A stretch of DNA of 42,539 bases from a virus (lineage: Duplodnaviria; Caudoviricetes), in the IMG/VR virus record IMGVR_UViG_3300022538_000060, positions 1 through 42,539 of that record; one strand, written 5' to 3'. The notes under the pieces are model-generated. The model was given only the letters and a program-made list of their open reading frames with translations, did not search any database and had not been told where the DNA came from. Shown here piece after piece: positions 1 through 7,392 of this stretch. A program made the translations under genes and the position numbers. The stretch's first letter is position 1, and each line of letters begins with the position of its first letter.

Positions 1-25
1 ATACCCATTTAATTATATATAACAT
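1..25 (-). CDS. 5' end of a gene truncated by the window edge (MLYIIKWV...)
   Basis: ATG at 25-23 preceded by AGAAAGG Shine-Dalgarno and an upstream promoter; runs off the window. Confidence 0.5.
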
Positions 26-56
26 TTTATACCTTTCTATATTTGTTTATGGGACA

Positions 57-85
57 ATCATATAGGATTGTCCCATAGTTGTCAA
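57..85 (-). promoter_or_regulatory. sigma70-like promoter TTGACA-N17-TATGAT overlapped by inverted repeat TATGGGACAATC-N6-GATTGTCCCATA (48-77)
   Basis: Read directly on the minus strand; the palindrome covers the -10 box. Confidence 0.6.
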
Positions 86-88
86 TAA

Positions 89-1051
89 CTAATTTAAATT
101 ATTTTGTTGTTCTCGGAGTAATTGTTTAGATATTGCAATTTTCTCATCTCTTGTTTGTTCAACCTTATCAGTTAAAAGATCAGCTAAATTAGTTGGACTA
201 TAAATTGAAAGTGCCATAGATGAATGTGCGTCTAATATACTTTCATTTAAAACAACACCAAGTTTATCAGCTAGTTCTTTTGCTTGATCAAAGTATCTGT
301 AAGATTTCAAACCAAGTTTTAGTTTCTGCATTTTCTTATCAACATGAGCAAACATTTGTTCATGGGTTTTAACAACATTTTGTTCAGCAGTTTTAAAACT
401 TTGAAACCACTCAAATTCTGCCGAGTTGGTATCAAACTTTCTACTATGACAATATGATGTTCCAATTACCCAAAGTTTGAAATCATTTTCCCACTCATCT
501 TTAGGAAACATTTGGGACTTGCTTACATCATTACGACTACCGAAACCCAAAAATTTATTTACTGCACTTTCACTATTGTAGTAAGTTGGATTTCTTTTTT
601 CGTAGTTGTCGCCTAATCTTACATCATAATCTGCGTCAATGCCTTTTGCTCTCATCTCATCACGATAGTAAGAAGTTAAGAAGTCTTTGTCCATGTCGCC
701 AAACTTAATATGAACATCATCATAATATTCTTTTTTATTTCCATTATAATCAGTTTCATATTTTGGTGTAGAGTTTTGAACATAGAAACAATTATCATGG
801 TAAAGGTCGCCACCACTACTACTATACTTACTAATCATATTTCTAATTGTATCTACATCTTCTTGTGGTTGATGATTTCTTACTAAAACTTCCATACGAA
901 TTTTTGCCTCTTTTCGTAAAGAGTTGTAAGTGTCTTTTGCTTGTTGCCATGCTTTCTTAAATTTTGAATTATCTTCAAAATGATTTTGAAATACATCAGC
1001 AATCACTTTTCGCTTATCTGCGTTAAGTGTTATTCTTTTTTGTTTTTCCAT
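89..1051 (-). CDS. hypothetical phage protein (320 aa), probably early
   Basis: Long ORF, AGAAAGGA SD, own promoter; no recognisable motif. Confidence 0.8.
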   Translation of the reverse strand: MEKQKRITLNADKRKVIADVFQNHFEDNSKFKKAWQQAKDTYNSLRKEAKIRMEVLVRNHQPQEDVDTIRNMISKYSSSGGDLYHDNCFYVQNSTPKYETDYNGNKKEYYDDVHIKFGDMDKDFLTSYYRDEMRAKGIDADYDVRLGDNYEKRNPTYYNSESAVNKFLGFGSRNDVSKSQMFPKDEWENDFKLWVIGTSYCHSRKFDTNSAEFEWFQSFKTAEQNVVKTHEQMFAHVDKKMQKLKLGLKSYRYFDQAKELADKLGVVLNESILDAHSSMALSIYSPTNLADLLTDKVEQTRDEKIAISKQLLREQQNNLN

Positions 1052-1070
1052 ATTTATATTTCCTTTCTAT

Positions 1071-1102
1071 ATCCTATATACTCCTATTATAAATAATGTC
1101 AA
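1071..1102 (-). promoter_or_regulatory. promoter TTGACA-N16-TATATAGGAT
   Basis: Consensus -35; same architecture as the promoter at 1914-1945. Confidence 0.65.
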
Positions 1103-1162
1103 ATCTTTTAAAAAAAAAATTCAACCTGTATGTGTACTGCAGTTTAGAATGATTCTATGTTG

Positions 1163-1183
1163 CATACAACCTAGGGTTGTATG
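1163..1183. promoter_or_regulatory. palindrome CATACAACC-TAG-GGTTGTATG (putative operator)
   Basis: Perfect 9-bp inverted repeat; same core at 1828-1852, degenerate copies at about 1122 and 1265. Confidence 0.5.
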
Positions 1184-1360
1184 TATTAGATATTATATCC
1201 CCGGCCTCCCACCCCTATTATATAGGATAATTTAGGATAGTAAAGGATATTATTGTCGCACCCTTACAACCTGGAGTTGAATAAAAATTAATTATTTTTG
1301 TATCTGCCTTATTGTTGCCTTATTTATCCTATATTGTCCCAATAGAAAGGAAAAAAGAAT

Positions 1361-1552
1361 ATGGAACTAAACAAAACATTTAAAATAACTTTTTGGGCTA
1401 AGAAGCATAAAAAGCATATTACAAGAAATGCAAAGTGGACTGAGCTGTGTAGATACTTTACGTCAAAAGATGGTGTACCTTGCATGACTTATTATGACCT
1501 AGACAATGAGGGTTATAGAACTGCAACTACAACTTGGAAGGTGCAATTATGA
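1361..1552 (+). CDS. small hypothetical protein, possibly SH3/WYL_2-like beta-barrel
   Basis: AGAAAGG SD; pattern F.ITF..K....R......YYDLD..GYR; fold is inference. Confidence 0.65.
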   Translation: MELNKTFKITFWAKKHKKHITRNAKWTELCRYFTSKDGVPCMTYYDLDNEGYRTATTTWKVQL

Positions 1553-1722
1553 ACGTAGTTTGGACAGATGAAGAATGCCACAAGGCATTTAAAGATATAG
1601 GTGCAATGATTGGTGATTTGCAAAAATTAATTGAACTGACAGACAAAAGATTAAAACTTTTAGAACAGTACAATTTTAAAAAACCACTTGTACTTACGGA
1701 AGAGATGGAAGTTAAGAATTAG
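1549..1722 (+). CDS. small coiled-coil hypothetical protein
   Basis: ATGA overlap with the upstream gene supports a start at 1549. Confidence 0.65.
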   Translation: MNVVWTDEECHKAFKDIGAMIGDLQKLIELTDKRLKLLEQYNFKKPLVLTEEMEVKN

Positions 1723-1727
1723 AGAAC

Positions 1728-1829
1728 GGTGCCTCATTAGCCTTTATCGCACCTTAAAAACTATAAAGGCAAAAGGATCGACCCAGGATCACACCGCAAC
1801 TTGTTGCCGTCTTTCCTGGGTGCTGATCC
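1728..1829 (+). ncRNA. putative structured RNA: H-type pseudoknot (1728-1770) followed by a long hairpin (1775-1829)
   Basis: GGTGC/GCACC crossed with GCCTTTAT/ATAAAGGC; GGATC/GATCC, ACCCAGGA/TCCTGGGT, GCAA-CTTG-TTGC. Confidence 0.5.
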
Positions 1830-1852
1830 GACACAACCTAAGGTTGTGTCGG
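1828..1852. promoter_or_regulatory. palindrome CCGACACAACC-TAA-GGTTGTGTCGG (operator or terminator-like hairpin)
   Basis: Perfect 11-bp inverted repeat sharing ACAACC-N3-GGTTGT with 1163-1183. Confidence 0.5.
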
Positions 1853-1880
1853 GGTTAAATAAAAACCAACGAGGAAGGCA

Positions 1881-1913
1881 CAAGCAGCAAGCAGCAAGCG
1901 GCAAGCAGCAAGC
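1881..1913 (+). repeat. heptamer tandem array (CAAGCNN)x5
   Basis: CAAGC at 1881, 1888, 1895, 1902, 1909. Confidence 0.9.
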
Positions 1914-1945
1914 TTGACAAAACTAAATAAAGGATTATATAGGAT
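1914..1945 (+). promoter_or_regulatory. promoter TTGACA-N16-TATATAGGAT, possibly giving a leaderless mRNA
   Basis: -35 at 1914-1919, -10 at about 1936-1941, ATG at 1949. Confidence 0.65.
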
Positions 1946-1948
1946 ATT

Positions 1949-2554
1949 ATGAAAACAAACGAAGCATTAAAAATTGTGGGAGGACTTTCAAAACCTTCTA
2001 AAATGCCTGGCTGGGCCTATGGGTTACCAGCTGCAGAATGTAAAACTGGCTCGAAGCTTGCAAAGATTCCGGGCTCTGTCTGTTCAGGTTGCTATGCATT
2101 AAAAGGTTGTTATGTGTTCCCCGTGGTTCAGGCTGCACAATACAGAAGACTCGAGGCCATCCGGTCACCGCTATGGACTGGCGCAATGGCTTTATTAATC
2201 AATTCAAAAAAATCAAAAGAATTCAGGTGGCACGACTCCGGCGACGTTCAGGACGAAGAGCACCTATTAAAAATTTTTGCTGTTGCTAAGTTAACACCGC
2301 AGGTGAAGCACTGGATGCCAACCCGGGAGGCATGGGTCAAGCACTTCCTGCCAGAGTGTCCAGCTAACCTGGTTATAAGATTTTCAGGGCAGATGGTGGA
2401 CCAACCTGCAATTGCAAGCTGGCCTAACACGTCGACCGTGTCAACGAAGCCTGAAGACAGAACCTGTCCAGCCCCGGATCAAAACAACGAATGCAGAGAC
2501 TGCAGAAAATGCTGGAACCCTGAAATAAAAAATATATGTTACGGGAAGCATTAA
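1949..2554 (+). CDS. GP88-like Cys-rich Fe-S (radical SAM-like) protein
   Basis: SKMP, CX13CX2CYA, FRWHDSGD, C-terminal CPA-X6-CX2CX2CW. Confidence 0.75.
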   Translation: MKTNEALKIVGGLSKPSKMPGWAYGLPAAECKTGSKLAKIPGSVCSGCYALKGCYVFPVVQAAQYRRLEAIRSPLWTGAMALLINSKKSKEFRWHDSGDVQDEEHLLKIFAVAKLTPQVKHWMPTREAWVKHFLPECPANLVIRFSGQMVDQPAIASWPNTSTVSTKPEDRTCPAPDQNNECRDCRKCWNPEIKNICYGKH

Positions 2555-2757
2555 TGACTCACATTTTTAGACATCCAAAATTTTACAGAATCCCAAGGGA
2601 TAAATCGAACCAGGCCATTAGCGACGAAGCTGCGACGGCGGCAACAAGCGTGCGTCCTGGTTCGGGCCACAAGCAGCAAGCAACCAGCAAGCAGGAAGGC
2701 GCAAGCAACCAGCAATCAACAAGCAGCAAGGCGCAAGCAACAAGCCTCAAGCCCTAG
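2554..2757 (+). CDS. small hypothetical protein (MTHIFRHPKFY...), C-terminus encoded by the CAAGC array
   Basis: TAATG overlap with the GP88-like gene. Confidence 0.5.
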   Translation: MTHIFRHPKFYRIPRDKSNQAISDEAATAATSVRPGSGHKQQATSKQEGASNQQSTSSKAQATSLKP

Positions 2758-2794
2758 GGCACAAGCGTTAAGGCGCAAGCCACAAGCATCAAGC
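2645..2794 (+). repeat. degenerate heptamer array (CAAGCNN)n
   Basis: 13 exact CAAGC copies; unbroken 7-bp register from 2713 to 2794. Confidence 0.9.
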
Positions 2795-3090
2795 TCCTTG
2801 ATAACCTTCCCCTCATAAAGTTTTATGGAGTTAAGACCGAGGGCCTTAACTAGAATAAATGTATTGTCAGGATGTTTCACATGAAACGCTATTTGATGTG
2901 GTGACAGGCGTATCTTGTTTGTTTTTGTTACTTTCAATTCTATAGTGAAGAAGTGACGATTCCTATTATAACCCAGTATATCAGGAGTCCCCCATGAAGC
3001 AGTATTTTCCACGCGTGTAAATGATAATTCGCAATTATTTTTAAGATTGAACGCTTTAATTTCATACCAAAATTTTTTTTCTGGATTCAC
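2716..3090 (-). CDS. PD-(D/E)XK nuclease, VRR-NUC/Holliday junction resolvase-like
   Basis: E..F, G.PD..G, IELK, LSPHQ..F motifs. Confidence 0.8.
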   Translation of the reverse strand: MNPEKKFWYEIKAFNLKNNCELSFTRVENTASWGTPDILGYNRNRHFFTIELKVTKTNKIRLSPHQIAFHVKHPDNTFILVKALGLNSIKLYEGKVIKELDACGLRLNACALGLEACCLRLAAC

Positions 3091-3120
3091 TACTACACCT
3101 CAATCAATTGTCAAATTGTT

Positions 3121-3345
3121 TTATAATTTTTTAATTACTTTTCCCATCTTCCATTGTTCAGGTGAAATTGTAATAGCAAGTCTGTGAGTTTCTCTTACAC
3201 CAATCAATTTATTTTCTAACAACTTTACACCTGTGATGTCATAAAATTCACCATTTGGTAAGATAACTTGCACCCTAGCGTTGGCTGCCACCTCACCTTT
3301 CATAAATTTATCTAATGCTTGTCTTAATACCTTTCCAGTAAACAT
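3121..3345 (-). CDS. hypothetical protein
   Basis: ORF divergent from terS; no motif. Confidence 0.65.
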   Translation of the reverse strand: MFTGKVLRQALDKFMKGEVAANARVQVILPNGEFYDITGVKLLENKLIGVRETHRLAITISPEQWKMGKVIKKL

Positions 3346-3383
3346 GGGTTGATTTATAGACTAAGTTGTACTAAATATCAAGT

Positions 3384-3935
3384 ATGGGTGTACCAAAAAA
3401 ATTAACTGAACAACAAATGAAATTTGCCTACGAACTTGTCACAAACGAGGGAAGAAAGACAGCAACAGAGTGCGCCGTCGACGCTGGTTTTGCAAAAGAC
3501 TCGGCAAGACAATACGCAAGTAAGTTACAGAACCCAAAATTGTATCCACTAGTTGTTAAATACATTGGTGAACTAAGAGAAGAATGGCAAAAAAAATACG
3601 AAGTCACTTATGAAAAACATATTGCAGAGTTAGGTCAAATTAGAAAAGAAGCTCTTAAGAAGGGAGCGTGGTCGGCTGCTGTGAATGCAGAAGTAGCACG
3701 AGGAAAAGCTGCGGGTCTGTATATAGAGCAAAAAATAATTCGTACAGGAAAACTAGAAGACTTAACAACAGAAGAGTTAGAATCAAGAATGAAAAAGATA
3801 ATAGACGATTACTCTCCGATTTTGGAAGGAGTGGAAGTCCAAGAATTGAAAGAGAAAGTATTAAAACCAGAACCTCAAACAAAAGAACCTCCACTCACAG
3901 TAGACTATTCGTCGTCTGATTCGTCTGAATCTTGA
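3384..3935 (+). CDS. terS: terminase small subunit
   Basis: LTEQQ.KF, HTH-like ATECAVDAGF..A...ASKL, AV.AE..RGK..GLY oligomerisation motif. Confidence 0.8.
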   Translation: MGVPKKLTEQQMKFAYELVTNEGRKTATECAVDAGFAKDSARQYASKLQNPKLYPLVVKYIGELREEWQKKYEVTYEKHIAELGQIRKEALKKGAWSAAVNAEVARGKAAGLYIEQKIIRTGKLEDLTTEELESRMKKIIDDYSPILEGVEVQELKEKVLKPEPQTKEPPLTVDYSSSDSSES

Positions 3936-4042
3936 TCAGCTACAGATAAAACGATTTCACCATCCACAATCTCTGCTTTGATTTCTTCGTTTTCAATCAT
4001 ATCTTTAACTGCATCTTTGATTGCATTATTTAAGCTAGACAT
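3905..4042 (-). CDS. small highly acidic protein (45 aa, not in ORF track)
   Basis: AAAGGAG SD; MSSLNNAIKDAVKDMIENEEIKAEIVDGEIVLSVADQDSDESDDE. Confidence 0.65.
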   Translation of the reverse strand: MSSLNNAIKDAVKDMIENEEIKAEIVDGEIVLSVADQDSDESDDE

Positions 4043-4162
4043 AATTTTCTCCTCTTTGTTGGAGCTGCAATATATAAAATATCAATCCTATATTCTATTA
4101 CAATTATATTAATATTTGAAGAATTAAAAGAGCAAGTACAAGAAAAAGAAACGAAAAAAGAA

Positions 4163-4447
4163 TCAGAGGAGGACTCTCTCCATCTTGACGATGCACCCCT
4201 TAGGAAAGACATTCCTATCGGAGAATAATTCATCATTGTCTTCGTAACTTGCAAACGTCCAGACATTTTTTTTATTTTGATCAAAAATATACGCATGAGT
4301 TATCATAACAGATGGTGTTAGACCTAATGAGTCATGAGCGGTTGCGTGCCCCGAATCACCCGTCGGATCGACCCAGGTGATTTTATAAAAATAATATCGT
4401 TTCTTTTTTATAACGACTGATTTGTATTTACTTTTCTTTGCTATCAT
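4163..4447 (-). CDS. hypothetical phage protein
   Basis: I.W.D..GDSG...FP.G.I motif typical of a small phage family. Confidence 0.7.
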   Translation of the reverse strand: MIAKKSKYKSVVIKKKRYYFYKITWVDPTGDSGHATAHDSLGLTPSVMITHAYIFDQNKKNVWTFASYEDNDELFSDRNVFPKGCIVKMERVLL

Positions 4448-5069
4448 TTTTTGGTTTTAATATTTTATCACCATCTATTAAATTTATATTTCCTGATATA
4501 GAAACTCTTTCACCCTCGGTTGTTTTAAACGGATAAACCCAGTGTGGTAAACCTGCAGGGAAAATAAACATATCTCCAACTGATGGTAAATGTGAGTGTG
4601 TTTGTAAAAAGAATTTATTTACGTTACTACCGGAAAGATTAAAATCAAAAGTTATGCAACCAGGACCTGGACTAGTAGAAGCGCTAGTGTAACACTCCCT
4701 ATGTAAATCTTGAGGAACCTCTGTGTAAATTACAAAAGACAAATGGCCATCATGTGTATGTGGAGGATTAAATTCATTTTTCTTTTGACGATTAACCCAG
4801 GCCGTTATCATTTCAAATCCATTACACAATGGCTGCGCTCTATATTCTTGATAACCTTGAGCGTAGCTATTTAAATAAGGGCTTAAAAGTTTAAAAACTT
4901 TTTCTTTGTCTAAAGCTTTTTCATTTTCTAAATGACCGGCTAAATGATCTCTATAATCTTCTTTGCCTTCTAATTGTTTTAGCTTTGCAATTTCTTCTGG
5001 AAGTAATGTGTAGTTACATACGAATGGCCCCCAATGTAAAAATCTATATTCTATTCTTCTATCTGTCAT
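4428..5069 (-). CDS. 2OG-Fe(II) oxygenase-like protein (HxH type)
   Basis: W.N......FNPPHTH, LSFVIY, FP..L.H.V.PF, R.SISGN; start at 5069 fits the GGAAGG SD. Confidence 0.8.
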   Translation of the reverse strand: MTDRRIEYRFLHWGPFVCNYTLLPEEIAKLKQLEGKEDYRDHLAGHLENEKALDKEKVFKLLSPYLNSYAQGYQEYRAQPLCNGFEMITAWVNRQKKNEFNPPHTHDGHLSFVIYTEVPQDLHRECYTSASTSPGPGCITFDFNLSGSNVNKFFLQTHSHLPSVGDMFIFPAGLPHWVYPFKTTEGERVSISGNINLIDGDKILKPKNDSKEK

Positions 5070-5103
5070 GACTTCCTTCCATAGAGTTTTATACATGAGA
5101 AAC

Positions 5104-5275
5104 AGCTTTTGTAAAAAAGCTTTTCACGCGCGCGCGAAGGGAATTCCCTGTAGCACGTTGTAACATCATTGTAGCAGCATTGTAGCAGTAGTTTATGTAG
5201 TGATATCAATACTTTAAGTCCATTGTAGCATTGTATCACTATATTTTTCAAAAAAAATTTTATAAACATAAATCT
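5104..5275. other. putative replication origin: palindromes, (CG)5, phased TGTAGCA iterons, AT-rich tract
   Basis: TGTAGCA/TGTAACA/TGTATCA at 5149, 5159, 5170, 5181, 5224, 5232; AT-rich 5240-5275. Confidence 0.55.
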
Positions 5276-5288
5276 CATACAGAATACT

Positions 5289-5996
5289 CTATGGGTTCTT
5301 GGTTCCTGATGCCTGAAGCTTTGAATATAGGTCAACTCTTCTTAACCATTCTTTCTTAAATTGTTGCCATTCATGAGGTATTTCGCAAGTATATCTATAA
5401 ACATTACCATTTTTTTCGCTAATTAGAATCACTCCAGACTGTATGTTGGTGCCATACAATTCATTGTGAGCCATCGCATAAGCCACACATTGTATAAAAT
5501 AATCATCAATCCACTCACGCTTCTTGTATTTATTGCTTTGTTTAAAATCTATAATAGATTCTCGGCCTTCATAAACCCCCACAACATCAGTAGTGCCCGC
5601 ATACAGTCCAGGGTAGTACAAAGGTACCTCAACCCCATAAACCTCTTGTAAAGGCCTAAATAGCCCAGCATCGATGATGTTTTTAGCCATGGTGCCTGCC
5701 TCCTGACCTAAATCAGATAGGTCCATGTGACCTTCTCCTTTTATGTATCCTTCAAGAATTCTATGCATTATTGTACCCCGAGCAGCTGCATTATCACGTA
5801 TTTGATCTGCCTTCTTTTCGCCTTCTCGCTGCCTCCATGCTGCCAGCTTTGCCTTACTCTCTTCAGATTTGGTGGCAGACAATATCGTTGTTACACTAGG
5901 TAAATCCTGACCTTCAGCGTCGTATGTTCTTTTCTCTTTCGTAGTTTTTCTTGGTACTCTTATATAATTAAATTTCGGCTTTCCGTTCCATAGCAT
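5289..5996 (-). CDS. PD-(D/E)XK exonuclease (RecB/Cas4/MGME1-like)
   Basis: PSVTTIL, RGT..H..LE, AG..D, IDFKQ, Q..AYA. Confidence 0.85.
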   Translation of the reverse strand: MLWNGKPKFNYIRVPRKTTKEKRTYDAEGQDLPSVTTILSATKSEESKAKLAAWRQREGEKKADQIRDNAAARGTIMHRILEGYIKGEGHMDLSDLGQEAGTMAKNIIDAGLFRPLQEVYGVEVPLYYPGLYAGTTDVVGVYEGRESIIDFKQSNKYKKREWIDDYFIQCVAYAMAHNELYGTNIQSGVILISEKNGNVYRYTCEIPHEWQQFKKEWLRRVDLYSKLQASGTKNP

Positions 5997-6007
5997 AAGT
6001 AACCTTT

Positions 6008-6442
6008 CTATTCTAAACTCATTGCTCGTTTATATTCTTGTAAGTCAACAACCTTACCATTCATTATTTGTGCATTATAGTGATCTAAGACTTGTTGTAT
6101 CTTAGGCATCTTGGTATGTGCCCAAGGCCAAATCAAACAACACACATAAAAGGCGTCACGAAATGTGCAACGCCATCGGTATTGTTTTAAATAAGGTGAG
6201 CCATCAACTCGCTTACCTTTTATAGGTTTATCACATAAAGTGCCAACACCTAACACTTCGTGAACCCACACCAATACAGATTTATCGGTCATGGTTATCT
6301 CCATACTTAATCTTAAGCTATTTGATATGCGATGGCCTTCACCTTTGTGTTTCTTTTTCTTTTCAGGTCCACGTTTAAAATGTATCGAACCCTCACCATC
6401 AAATAGACCTGCAATATAAGCTCTGTCAGTTTCTGCAATCAT
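6008..6442 (-). CDS. LAGLIDADG-family endonuclease-like protein, free-standing
   Basis: YIAGLFDGEGSI motif followed by typical beta-strand pattern. Confidence 0.75.
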   Translation of the reverse strand: MIAETDRAYIAGLFDGEGSIHFKRGPEKKKKHKGEGHRISNSLRLSMEITMTDKSVLVWVHEVLGVGTLCDKPIKGKRVDGSPYLKQYRWRCTFRDAFYVCCLIWPWAHTKMPKIQQVLDHYNAQIMNGKVVDLQEYKRAMSLE

Positions 6443-7026
6443 TTAAAATTCCTTGCAAGTAAACATTTTTTTTCACCCATGCCATGAGTAGTAAATCCAA
6501 ATAACTCCAATGCATAGGCAATGACACTCATTTCGCATTTATCTGTGTCATCAAATACAAATCGTGCATGTGGCGCTGCTCTGTTGGCAAACCAAACAGC
6601 CTCCGTTAATACATCCTTAGACATGTGCGGGCCATCAAAATGAACGAAGGCATAAGTCTTTTGACTCCACTCCGGGTGCATCATAAACTCTGTATCTTTC
6701 ATGTTGGCAAGTACAAATTTACCATTGTTACGATATTCATAAAAATCTTTAAGCAAAGTATCTCTCATCTCATCAGTGTAGTCTGTTTTAAATTCACCAC
6801 GCCATCGTTGTGGCCAGTTTTTTGTAAACTTCTCATCGTAATGTTGGTAAGACAAATCACCATACGGATCGATACCCACATGCATATAATTATTTGTTAC
6901 ATTATCCATTATTATTTTAGAGCCGAGGCCTTGACGTACGCCTATCTCACAACTGTAGTGACCTTGACAATCAAACTTAGCCCACTTCTCTAACAGATCA
7001 TATTCTTCACTATCGCCTTTTATCAT
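6439..7026 (-). CDS. class I SAM-dependent methyltransferase (Methyltransf_24-like)
   Basis: EIGVRQG.GS motif I, GIDPY, FVHFDGPH, VFDD. Confidence 0.8.
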   Translation of the reverse strand: MIKGDSEEYDLLEKWAKFDCQGHYSCEIGVRQGLGSKIIMDNVTNNYMHVGIDPYGDLSYQHYDEKFTKNWPQRWRGEFKTDYTDEMRDTLLKDFYEYRNNGKFVLANMKDTEFMMHPEWSQKTYAFVHFDGPHMSKDVLTEAVWFANRAAPHARFVFDDTDKCEMSVIAYALELFGFTTHGMGEKKCLLARNFK

Positions 7027-7232
7027 AACTTCTCCGGTTCAAACTCCTTTAACACTTCTAATTTTTCTTTTGCACTTGCAATCTTATCTACAAGTTTATT
7101 ACACTCTTCAATATGTTGCGGGTGCTCTCCAATACCTACAGAACTCTCTAGGTATATTTTTAACGTTGCATCAGCGTGGGCAATATCCGCTTGGTATTGC
7201 GCTTCTAATGCATCAAGTATTGCTCTTTTCAT
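7023..7232 (-). CDS. small helical hypothetical protein
   Basis: VGIGEHP motif; coupled to neighbours. Confidence 0.75.
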   Translation of the reverse strand: MKRAILDALEAQYQADIAHADATLKIYLESSVGIGEHPQHIEECNKLVDKIASAKEKLEVLKEFEPEKL

Positions 7233-7392
7233 CTGTCATCCTTTCTATTGTTTGGTTTCTCCATTGTTCACAAGATCTTAATTTACAATCCATTAAATGC
7301 ATTTGCCATTTAAGTTCTTTAATTTCTTTACCGGCTCGTCTACAGACATTTTGTAAAAATTTTATTTTACTTTCATTGCTTGGTTGTATCAT
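7213..7392 (-). CDS. small hypothetical protein (59 aa, not in ORF track)
   Basis: GAGGAGG SD; MIQPSNESKIKFLQNVCRRAGKEIKELK...; fills the operon gap. Confidence 0.55.
   Translation of the reverse strand: MIQPSNESKIKFLQNVCRRAGKEIKELKWQMHLMDCKLRSCEQWRNQTIERMTDEKSNT

Noticed and set aside
1720-1770. Stop-codon readthrough pseudoknot after the TAG at 1720-1722
   Set aside because: Readthrough would add only five codons before another TAG, and no slippery heptamer is evident
1775-1852. tRNA gene
   Set aside because: Hairpins do not form a cloverleaf; no T-loop GTTC motif or acceptor stem
1881-2794. CAAGC arrays as a CRISPR or mini-CRISPR array
   Set aside because: 7-bp period with no unique spacers; no cas genes (the exonuclease is only Cas4-superfamily-like)
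1998-4296. Short alternative-frame ORFs (1998-2186, 2089-2289, 2248-2430, 3655-3894, 3668-3919, 4030-4296)
   Set aside because: Overlap better-supported genes, lack SD sequences and have atypical composition
5066-5335. 89-aa minus-strand ORF
   Set aside because: Runs through the iteron and palindrome region; sequence is dictated by DNA repeats (CCYNDVTTCY) and has no SD
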